A stretch of 64,000 nucleotides of DNA, from positions 55,262 to 119,261 of the forward strand of contig QPMI01000425.1 in NCBI GenBank assembly GCA_004431415.1, written 5' to 3'. The stretch is from Cyanophora paradoxa CCMP329 (lineage: Eukaryota; Plantae; Glaucophyta). Both the position numbers and the translations under genes were made by a program. Under the pieces are notes generated by a model. That model ran no database searches. It was not told the DNA's origin and saw nothing but the letters and a program-made list of their open reading frames with translations. Below are positions 55,299 to 64,000 of the stretch, one piece after another. The stretch's first letter is position 1, and each line of letters starts with the position of its first letter.

Positions 55299-55532
55299 AT
55301 GGATTTCTTGCGAAAAATCATAGAGATGTTTAATCTCCACATTGTGAGCAATTGTCACAGTGGCTGCTGTGAAACCAAAGTCGAAATCGAGTTTTCAGAT
55401 ACTGAAAGCCACGGATCTGGTGGTAGGAGATTATCCACAGACTCGGTGGATTTCGAGGAGCATATTAAAACAGAGACTGTGAGGCGACGCTCTGTATCTT
55501 TCACAGATCCGAAATTAAATCTCGGAAATTAA
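55299..55532 (+). CDS. Conserved small Cys-Cys protein
   Basis: Homologous to 17705..18118. Confidence 0.75.
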   Translation: MDFLRKIIEMFNLHIVSNCHSGCCETKVEIEFSDTESHGSGGRRLSTDSVDFEEHIKTETVRRRSVSFTDPKLNLGN

Positions 55533-55732
55533 TATCGAATGCTCAGTCTCTCTGAGATCTATGCTATCCTTGAAAGGAAATCCGCTGAATATGCAACAGA
55601 AGACGCAATAAAAAAGCGTAGACAGGAACTGGTCTCGATCTGCAAAAAATGACAAGGGATTTAAGGGTAAGGTGTGTTTGATTGGTGAACCGGACAAATT
55701 ATTTTCTCGTCCCATTATAAGGAACATATCAA

Positions 55733-55960
55733 ATGGAAACTGAATCTGTGGTCGAATTCGAACTTGCAATGAGCGAGGTGGATCCCAATGAGAGGAAAAG
55801 GTTGTATGACCGCTTGTATTTCCAGAAACGCTATCAAGATGAGGAATTTCGAGAAGTATATCGTAAAAAGGCACTGGAACGATATTATCGCAGGAAAGCT
55901 GCTGAGATGGATCCCAATAATCCAGTGAAACGCCCAGTAGGTCGTCCCAGAAAATACTGA
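55733..55960 (+). CDS. Small AT-hook protein
   Basis: KRYQDEEFRE...KRPVGRPRKY; homologous to 17167..17580. Confidence 0.75.
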   Translation: METESVVEFELAMSEVDPNERKRLYDRLYFQKRYQDEEFREVYRKKALERYYRRKAAEMDPNNPVKRPVGRPRKY

Positions 55961-56153
55961 ACCGCCCCCAAAGTCCCAGATATCCGCTGAATCCTTTTTG
56001 TTACCATGATCAATCGACTTTTCGATGGATCATTACCATACATCGAGCGCCAATCGGAGAACCCAAAGGTATTTAAAGGTTAGGCGCCAAAAAATGACAA
56101 GCGACCGGAGAAATTAATTTCTCCATTAAGGATAAGAAGCCCCGATTGTTGAA

Positions 56154-58517
56154 ATGAACGCTGCCGCCAAGAAATCCCTGAAACGCCTTGTTGAATGGCT
56201 TCGTGAAGACGATGTCCTGTCTGAGAATATCGTTATTCCTGTTGATCCTGATACCAAAAAGCCACTTTTCGCTCATAAAGACGGAACCTGGTCTTGGGAT
56301 AAATTCGATGAAGCCCTGAAATCCGGTAAATATACTGCTTGGGGCATTCTCGCTCGTAATATCCTGGTAATTGACTTCGACCAAGAGGAGGATTTCGCCA
56401 AATTCGAGGAGCAATTCCCTGATGATTTCGGTGGTGTTAATCCTCTTGCTAAAACCAAAAAAGGATATCATGCATTCTTCGCTCGACCTGCTGAATTCGA
56501 CACCATTAAGATCTGGGATAAAGCGGGTGCATTCAAAGGAAACCCCAAGATCGACTGCAAAACGATTGCATCCACTGGGACTGCTGGGGTGATTAATGTT
56601 TGCCCCAGTCCCAACAAAACATGGATCAGAGAGCCATGGGCATCTGAGTGTGAGTTAAATGAACCCACTGCTGAGTTGCAAAAGTGGATTGTTGAAAACT
56701 ACGAATTCCCCAAAGGTGCACATTCTTATTATGCAAGGTGCGCTGAGGAGAATTTGCAGAAACATATTCTTTCTAAACTCGAAGAATTCGGTTTCATCTT
56801 GCCCACAATCATCAATGAGACCAAGATGGGATACAATTTCACTGCTGAGAACAAAGGTCTGGTCTGTCCCTGCTGCAAGGGAAGCCATGACTCGAACAAT
56901 TGGTATATTGTTCAAGGGAAGGAGAAGGACAAATATATTGTTTCGAGTTACAGTGCAAACTGCAAGAAGCGACTTATCACAATTCGTGTGAAGGAAGAGA
57001 CAGATGCGAATATCGAAAATCTGATTGATCGGTCTGCTGGATCTGATGGTGCCCATTATGATGTTGCACAGGTTGCCTATCTTGTTCTGCAAGACAAATA
57101 CAAGTATTCCAACAAGACCTGGTTCAAGTTCAATGATGTATGTGGGATTTGGGAGATGGATGAAACTGGGAAGCGAATCTTTCTCTGTTTGAGCTGCAAG
57201 GTCTGTCCAGTTTATCTTCAACGTTCTGTTCAACTCGCACAGAGAGCTCTTCGTGATGAAGAGAACCGCAATTCCTTGGAGGAAAGGTCAAAGATTCTGC
57301 TGGGAATTGCTAAGAGCCTCAAACAGACTACATACAGAACTGCACTTATGTCTGATCTTTCAGTTCTGTTCAGTGACAAGACCTTTTTCGAGAGACTTGA
57401 TACTGTTCCCAACATCATTGGATTTACAAATGGTGTATTTGACTTGAACTCCATGACTTTTCGAAAGGGACTCCCAGATGATATGGTGAGCAAGACTGTT
57501 GGCTACGATTATACCACAGAAATCGACCAAGAGAAGGTTGCAAAGATTAAATCCATCTATGCAGATATTATTGAATCGGATACAGACCGCGAATTCATGC
57601 TGGGATTAATCGCCTATGCCCTGAGTGGTTTGACAGAAAATCAGAGATACACTTGCTGGACTGGAATTGGAGCAAATGGGAAATCACTGCTCCAAGAGTT
57701 GGTGAAAGACACATTTGGTGAGTATTATGGGTCACTGGACATGACATATTGGACTAAACCCAAGAAGAGTTCGTCAGAGGCTTCCCCAGAACTTGCTTGC
57801 ATTCTTGGTAAACGAATTGTTTTCAGTAATGAAGCAGAAGATGGTGATATGCTTCAACTGAACAAAATCAAACAGGTTACTGGTGGGAATGAGATGAAGG
57901 TTCGAGCTCTTTTCAAAGATCTTGTTACATTCATTCCCATGTTCCAGTTGTTCTTGTCCACAAATGACAACCTGGGAATCAGTAAACCAGATGCAGCAAT
58001 CCAAAGGCGAATTATCTACTACCGATTCGAAAATGTCTTCAAGGTCGATCCTCAGCCTGGTGAGAAGAAAGCAGATACCACTCTAATGCGCCTAATGAAG
58101 AATGATGACGATTATAAAATGGCGCATATGTCCATTCTCCTGGAAATGTGGAGAACCCATTCTCTCAATGAATTCGTCACCAAACCACCCCAGTCCATTG
58201 TTGATCAAGGTGTTGAATATTTCAATGAGAATGACAAGATTGGAGAATGGATTCGTGAGAGTTATGAACTCACCAAGAGTCAAGGGGATTTCGCCACAAG
58301 TGAGTCCATTATCAGTCACTTTAAGATGGATCACATGGGCAAATCTGATGAGAAAATCACAGAATGCACTATCTTGAAGAGACTTCGCGAAGTCTTTAAT
58401 GTGAAGGCTGAGAGAAAGCGAGTCAATGGTGTTCTTGCTCGTGGCTACTTTGGGATCAAAAAGAAGCATAGTCGCAAGTTGGTGGATGACAGTGATGTTG
58501 AAGGTGGGGATGAGTAA
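56154..58517 (+). CDS. Prim-Pol (AEP) primase fused to a D5-like SF3 helicase
   Basis: LVIDFD and TKKGYHAFF (Prim-Pol); CPCCKGSH Zn motif; IGFTNGVFDL (D5_N); GIGANGKS Walker A; KRIVFSNE Walker B; LSTN sensor; IQRRI. Confidence 0.92.
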   Translation: MNAAAKKSLKRLVEWLREDDVLSENIVIPVDPDTKKPLFAHKDGTWSWDKFDEALKSGKYTAWGILARNILVIDFDQEEDFAKFEEQFPDDFGGVNPLAKTKKGYHAFFARPAEFDTIKIWDKAGAFKGNPKIDCKTIASTGTAGVINVCPSPNKTWIREPWASECELNEPTAELQKWIVENYEFPKGAHSYYARCAEENLQKHILSKLEEFGFILPTIINETKMGYNFTAENKGLVCPCCKGSHDSNNWYIVQGKEKDKYIVSSYSANCKKRLITIRVKEETDANIENLIDRSAGSDGAHYDVAQVAYLVLQDKYKYSNKTWFKFNDVCGIWEMDETGKRIFLCLSCKVCPVYLQRSVQLAQRALRDEENRNSLEERSKILLGIAKSLKQTTYRTALMSDLSVLFSDKTFFERLDTVPNIIGFTNGVFDLNSMTFRKGLPDDMVSKTVGYDYTTEIDQEKVAKIKSIYADIIESDTDREFMLGLIAYALSGLTENQRYTCWTGIGANGKSLLQELVKDTFGEYYGSLDMTYWTKPKKSSSEASPELACILGKRIVFSNEAEDGDMLQLNKIKQVTGGNEMKVRALFKDLVTFIPMFQLFLSTNDNLGISKPDAAIQRRIIYYRFENVFKVDPQPGEKKADTTLMRLMKNDDDYKMAHMSILLEMWRTHSLNEFVTKPPQSIVDQGVEYFNENDKIGEWIRESYELTKSQGDFATSESIISHFKMDHMGKSDEKITECTILKRLREVFNVKAERKRVNGVLARGYFGIKKKHSRKLVDDSDVEGGDE

Positions 58518-58584
58518 ACAAAACAGAATCGATTCTAATACTGATTGAATTTCTTATTTTTTAAAAACCTTACTGTAAATGGTT

Positions 58585-58725
58585 TGTGTGACAGCTGTGA
58601 CACCTTTTTAATTGAGTGTGACGCCTGTGACGCCTGTGACGCCTACTTTCAAACTTTTTAAAATTTCAAAAATCTACAAACCTCTGAAAACAGGTGTCAC
58701 AGGCGTCACAGGCGTCACACCCAAT
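58585..58725. promoter_or_regulatory. Third, inverted copy of the iteron module, directly downstream of the primase-helicase
   Basis: TGTGACGCC x3, AT-rich spacer, GG(C/T)GTCACA x3; the spacer is similar to the reverse complement of ~49419-49467. Confidence 0.6.
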
Positions 58726-58873
58726 TAACCACAGACTCCCCCCTGTGGGTCGATGACTTTTTCGATTCTTTATCGGACAATATAAAAAAACGTATCGTAA
58801 ATCGGTGTGTTTTGACAAAAATTGACTGGCGATTTAAGGGATCATTGCGTTTTCCCTTTGACTTTGACAGAAC

Positions 58874-59065
58874 ATGGATTATTTCGACGAAATTCAGCGG
58901 CAGCTGGTCGAAAAGAATGATATTGCAGAGGTAGCGGAATATATTGCAAAGATCAGAGCCAGTAATGGTAGACCATATCAAAAGAAGCGATTGTATGCAA
59001 GCAGACTCGACACAGTAAATGTATATGTCCCCAAAGGCACGAATGTGCGAATTATCAGAACCTGA
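58874..59065 (+). CDS. Small hypothetical protein
   Basis: 63-aa ORF filling the intergenic gap, preceded by AAAATTGA (58818) and GATTTAAGG. Confidence 0.5.
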   Translation: MDYFDEIQRQLVEKNDIAEVAEYIAKIRASNGRPYQKKRLYASRLDTVNVYVPKGTNVRIIRT

Positions 59066-59121
59066 AAAATTCGAAATGCGTTCAAATTGCCCAAAAATAA
59101 TATGTTCCCTTAAAGTAAAAG

Positions 59122-62100
59122 ATGCCCCGCCAATCCAATAGAATCATCAAAGAGAAAAAAAACGAAATACTCGGTCTTTTAGGAACCCTTTTAGTCACTG
59201 GTGATATCACAGAATTCGAATATGATCGCCAGGCAGCAATCCTGGATAGGAGACCAAGATTATCTCAACTCACAGAAATTACAAATCGACTGTATGATCG
59301 TTTTGAGAAAATGGAGGAATTCAGGGATGAAGGTTTAAGGTTGGGAACAATTGAACCCGAGATTGAAGATGGGGAAGCAATGAACAAAGCATATTCCTGG
59401 TTAACCTATCGAGCAAGAGGTGAGGTTATCCAAGATGGGATTGAATTCTTGGAGAGAATTGCACCCAATCTACCACAGAGACTCAGACAGAAACTCCAAG
59501 ACCTGAGAGCAATTAAAACTCGTCTCACATTCATCTGTAAATTCACCAAAGTGAGTGATCCAAGGGTGTGGATCACCAAATTCATTTACAGTGATTACTT
59601 TGTCATCACAAGATCACGAAATATTGATGTTGAACTGCGAAATGCCCTTCAATCCATGCAGGAGCAGATGATGCAGGTGGACAGTTACAGACTGGATCGC
59701 ATTGAGATGCTGAGAGTGGTAATAATGTCTTATGCTCCTGTGGGTGGTTGCTTCTTCTCAACACCTGAGTGGATTGGATCAAAGAGAGCAACTGTGAATG
59801 TCAAGAATATTGATGGTCAAGACTGCTTCAAGTATGCAATCTTGGCTTACCTGCACCGAAATGATATTAATAAACACAAGAGCAATGAACCCAGCCAGTA
59901 TAGAAGATGGTTAAACGAACTCAATTTCGAGGGCATCCAATTTCCAGTTGCCTGTGATGCAGAGGTGATTGATCGATTTGAGGAGCAGAACCCTGAACTG
60001 AGTATCAACATTTATGGGGCAGATAATCAAGCACAGTGCTTCTATCCTCTTCACCAATCCAGCAACCCCAGGAGAAAGACCAAGATTAACCTTTTATTAA
60101 TCGAAAACGAAGAGGATGATAGAGGGCATTATATCACCATCATGTCTCTGAGTAGACTTCTGAAAACCACCTTTGATAAAGCCCATGATGGTCGCATTTA
60201 TTACTGTGAGACCTGTCTGTCTCGTTTCAGAACTCAGGAGAAGCTGGATGTTCATATAGAAGCGAATCGCTGCATTGATTGGAGGGAGAGCAAAGGTAAA
60301 TGCCCAAAATCTGGAAGTCACATTGCATTTGGGCTTCAACATCTTCGCAAAACTGTGTGGCTTCCCACTATCTGCTATGTGAAAATGGATAGTCACTCGG
60401 TTCCAATTGATGAGAACCGCAGCAAGAGAGAGGTAAAATCGGTTTCTCTAACAGTTGTGATGGGGGATGAGGTGATCTCTCATTATTTCGAGGGATCAGA
60501 TACACTTGGTGCTCTGTTTACCACTCTCACAGAGATCAGACCCCAAGTAATCCGCACTCTATTCACCAATATTCCAATGCACCCACTCACAGAAGAGCAG
60601 AAAGCACAATACAAGATCACTAAACACTGTTATATCTGTGCTGAACGATTTACCCATGAGAATTTCCCAGTGAGAGACCATTGTCATCAATCAGGAGCAT
60701 TTATTGGGAAAGCATGTCGAAACTGCAACCTCCACAGGAGAATCTCAAAGCAAACGAAAGTAGCAATTGTGGTGGATCACATGGATGAATGTGGACACGA
60801 AATATTCCGCAAAATTGCACAGCAAGATGATAAACTTCGTGTTGAGATCCTGAGCAAGAATTTCGATCAATACCTCTCCCTGCAATGGGGCATGTGGAAA
60901 TTCATAGATGCTTCGCACTTCATGGACTTCCAGGCAGTGGATGCAAGTGATCTAATGGGTAAATTCCAGACTTTCCGAGAATTGGCGTTTTCCCAATATG
61001 GATTAGATCCTGCCCATTATGTTTCGGCTCCTGGATTATCCTGGGATGCAATGCTAATTTACACCAGAGCAAAGATCGAGCAGATCAGTGATGTAGGGCA
61101 ATACGAATTTATTGAGAGGGCAATTCGAGGTGGGTTTGCTACAATGCCTACTCGATATGCAAAGGTGGAAAACCCAGATGACCATATAGTTCTCTTGGAT
61201 GCAAATAATCTGTATGGTTATGCTCTCATTCAAGAACTGCCCATTGGAGATTTTCGTTGGGAAGATGTCACAGAGGCACTTAAAGAGACCCAAGGACGAA
61301 GTGCCTTTATTGAAGTAGACCTGGAATACCCACAAACTCTCACAGATCATTACGATTTTCCACTTGTAGTAATAAAGAACAGTCACCACCGAAATGCTGG
61401 GTGGGTATCAACAAAAACTACTGATATCACAGGTGAGAAGATAAGCAAAGACCCCAAACTCACAGCAACATTCTCGCCCAAAAACAACTATGTGATTTCC
61501 CAACCTCTCTTGATCTATCTTGTGAGCAAAGGTATTATAATCACGAAGGTTCACAGGGTTCTCTCATTTGCAACCTCTGCATTTATGAAGAGTTATATTG
61601 ATCTAAATACGAAACTGAGGCGCCAATCTATGTCCAGATTCGAGAGTGACTTCTTTAAATTAATGAACAATGCAATCTATGGTAAATGCTCGAATCATGC
61701 AGGGGTCGCTCTGTGGTTAAGATTGCTAACAGTGAGAAACTCTGCAAGAAATATGCTGCAAGTCCACTCATCAAGGCAACCAATGTATTAACGAAAAAGC
61801 TGTTGCCTTTGAGATGTACTCAAAGCATGTTCACTTAGATAAACCTGTTGCAATTGGTGCTTTGTGCTGGATTTCGCGAAACTCCATAATAGCAGGTTCT
61901 TTATGATGTGGTGAGGAGAACTTGGGAAACAGCAGAGCTACTATTCCATGATACAGATTCTTTCTGTCTACTGCTGCATACAAATGATCTAAATAATGAG
62001 ATGAAGCGAATTTCTGACACCTGGATTGCAGTAATTATGATACTGCCACCCTCTCTATGATAGGAGAAATCGCTTGATTCCAGGTAAATATAAAAACGAG

Positions 62101-62389
62101 TTTCCAATGCAAAGATTGTGGAGTATGTAGGTCTGAGATCGAAACTCTATGCTTTCAGAACTGAGACCTTTGATAAAATAAGATGTCTGGTACTCCTCAA
62201 AGAGGTTCACTTTGATGATTTCAAGAGATGCCTGTTTGAAGGCATCACCAAAACAGTAGCAGTAGTAAACAAGCGAAGACAAGACCACAACCTATATGAT
62301 TGGAGAGCAGAAGGGTGGCTCTAAACCAACTCGATAGCAAAAGGAAGATATTAGACGATGGAATTCACAGCATTCCATTTGGGCTCTAA
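59122..62389 (+). CDS. Polinton-type protein-primed family B DNA polymerase; frameshifted after ~61690
   Basis: vOTU-like NIDGQDCFKYAIL...GHYITI; EndoVII-like CYIC...VRDHCH...CRNCNL; YGLDPAHY; DANNLYG; KLMNNAIYGK; FHDTDSF and LDSKRKILDDGIHSIPFG in shifted frames. Confidence 0.9.
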
Positions 62390-62570
62390 TCTACTTCATC
62401 AATCTTTCTTTTTCTTTGGTTTCGCTCTCCAAGAAGTAAAAACCGCGAATTAAATGCAGCAGCCATATACATCTTAATCCTGATCATTGGGGCTCAATTG
62501 CAAAGTAGTTGGAATTGTGTTCTCCTTCCACACAGACTCTTGCATTTATTATATGAGAGATAAGGTAAAG

Positions 62571-63945
62571 ATGCCTTCTACACAAATAGGATTGAGACAA
62601 CCACCAAGAATTGTGAGAAAAGAGGCAATTGAAGATCGAGGAATATTCTGCCATCACATTCCAGTGGAGGAGAAGAGCAGTCGAATATTAAAAAGATCAG
62701 AGATGGTCAAGCAATTAATCCAGAGACACTCCCAGCTGAGACAGCACCAAAAGAGTCGAAGATTGCTAAGAAGTTCTATGATCCCAGGACAGGCTACAAG
62801 GGATTTACTGCAATGAGACAGGAACTACCAGAGGAGAACTACAAGAAGATGAGAATGGTATGATAAGCAGGAGGTTGTCCAAATTAATGCACCCACCCTA
62901 TCTCGAAAAGAGATCCATGATTCCAATTAGGCAACCCTTGATACCTATGTATGATCTGCTCTTCTTTCCTGCATACAAAAGCAGAATGATGGTTATGATA
63001 CATTTATGAGTGCAATGGATCAACCCTGAGAACAGGGTTCATATTCAATGAGAGACAAAAGTGCTCTACTACACTTGCAGCATTCAAGCAACTTGAACAG
63101 AGAGTCCCCAGACCAATTGTTCGCATTCAGAGTGACAGTGGAAGCGAATTTACCAATGTTATTCACAGATTATTTGGGAACAAATTCATTGAGCATCAAC
63201 TAAGTGATGTTGCAGATCACAGAACCCAAGGTCGATTGAAGCCTTTAACAGACAGATCAAGAGATTGATCACAAACTACTGCATTGCAAATAATACTGCA
63301 CGATTTTTTGATGTGTTGGGTGATATTGAGTATAATTATAATAATACCATTCACTCTGCAACAAGAGAAAACCAGCAGAGACCACAGAAGCCCACTACAA
63401 AGAGATTGTGAATATGGAGGATCAGAGATTCAAGAAATCGATTGAGTATCTTGATGCTCTGAAACCTGGAATGTTTGTGAGAGTGAAAGTTGAAAAGAAT
63501 CCATTTGCAAAGCAGGGAGTGAATTGGTCTCGAATTGTTTATAGTGTGGAGGCAGAGAGGGCTTCAAGTTCAGAATCAGAAGTCCCAGTGGTGAGATAGT
63601 TGATGGTAGATTCGCTTTTCATGAACTGCTGCCCATTAAAGGTGTTGAGTATCATGAAACTCCCACAGTGGATGCTCTTGAACAGGCAAAAGAGGAAGCC
63701 AGGGTTGATTCAGCAATCAGAAAGGAGGGCATAGAAAAGCAAGTGAAGTACCAAAAGAACCCCTCACAGAAGCAAGAGCACAAAAGAAGGGAGAGTAGAG
63801 AAAGAATTAAAGAAGTTGACCATAGCAGGAACCCAGAAATTATCAGAAGTTAACAGTCAGAGTGGTATAATGACTTTTCAACCACCAAGAAACATATACT
63901 GCACCCAAACTCGATTAATTAACGAAGTGGTCAGAGGAAATAGAT
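62571..63945 (+). pseudogene. rve integrase, multiply frameshifted (decay or assembly error)
   Basis: Fragments IQSDSGSEFT, IEAFNRQIK, YNYNNTIHSA and VRVKVEKNPFAKQGVNWSRIVY; N- and C-terminal similarity to the element A integrase (RIVRK; VNSQ; YTAP). Confidence 0.85.
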
Positions 63946-64000
63946 TAACAACGCTTTCGGAATCTCTTAGACCTCTGGCGAATTTTCCTCATTTGTCTAT

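Larger units (their letters stand above)
48624..64000 (+). mobile_element. Element B: second endogenous Polinton-like virus; right end outside the window
   Basis: Abrupt switch from Helitron coding sequence to an AT-rich hairpin and repeats; pentons, MCP, ATPase, primase-helicase, pPolB and integrase; collinear with element A. Confidence 0.92.

Overview
Eukaryotic (probably algal or protist) genomic DNA with GC-rich host sequence and short GT-AG introns, dominated by nested mobile elements. (1) 1-6175 is a head-to-tail array of 1-2 kb units built from ~149-bp subrepeats, with a terminal hairpin; it may be a non-autonomous rolling-circle (Helitron-like) element. (2) 6176-7690 is the inverted left end of a sibling of element A. 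(3) 8213-8772 is a divergent two-intron histone H3 variant. (4) 8876-35025 is a complete 26,150-bp endogenous Polinton-like virus (element A) with 867-bp TIRs and a 6-bp TSD (CGTACA). It encodes an rve integrase, a pPolB-like/SF1-helicase/HNH-like fusion, an A32 ATPase, a putative MCP, two pentons, a 3451-aa fibre and an unexpected SAM decarboxylase. (5) 35-45 kb is host-like DNA and GC-rich repeats. (6) 45.0-48.6 kb is an intron-containing Helitron Rep gene, cut just after its catalytic YxxxYxxK motif by (7) a second Polinton-like virus (element B, 48624 to beyond the window end). Element B begins with a 28-bp hairpin, shares the same collinear capsid/ATPase/small-gene block and integrase as A, but has a different replication module: Prim-Pol/D5 SF3 helicase, an iteron-like origin and an exonuclease-degenerate Polinton pPolB. 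The best candidate for a new system is this family of integrated viruses with a swappable replication cassette, shared giant-virus-like promoter motifs and metabolic cargo. All product calls come from motifs recognised by eye; no searches were run.
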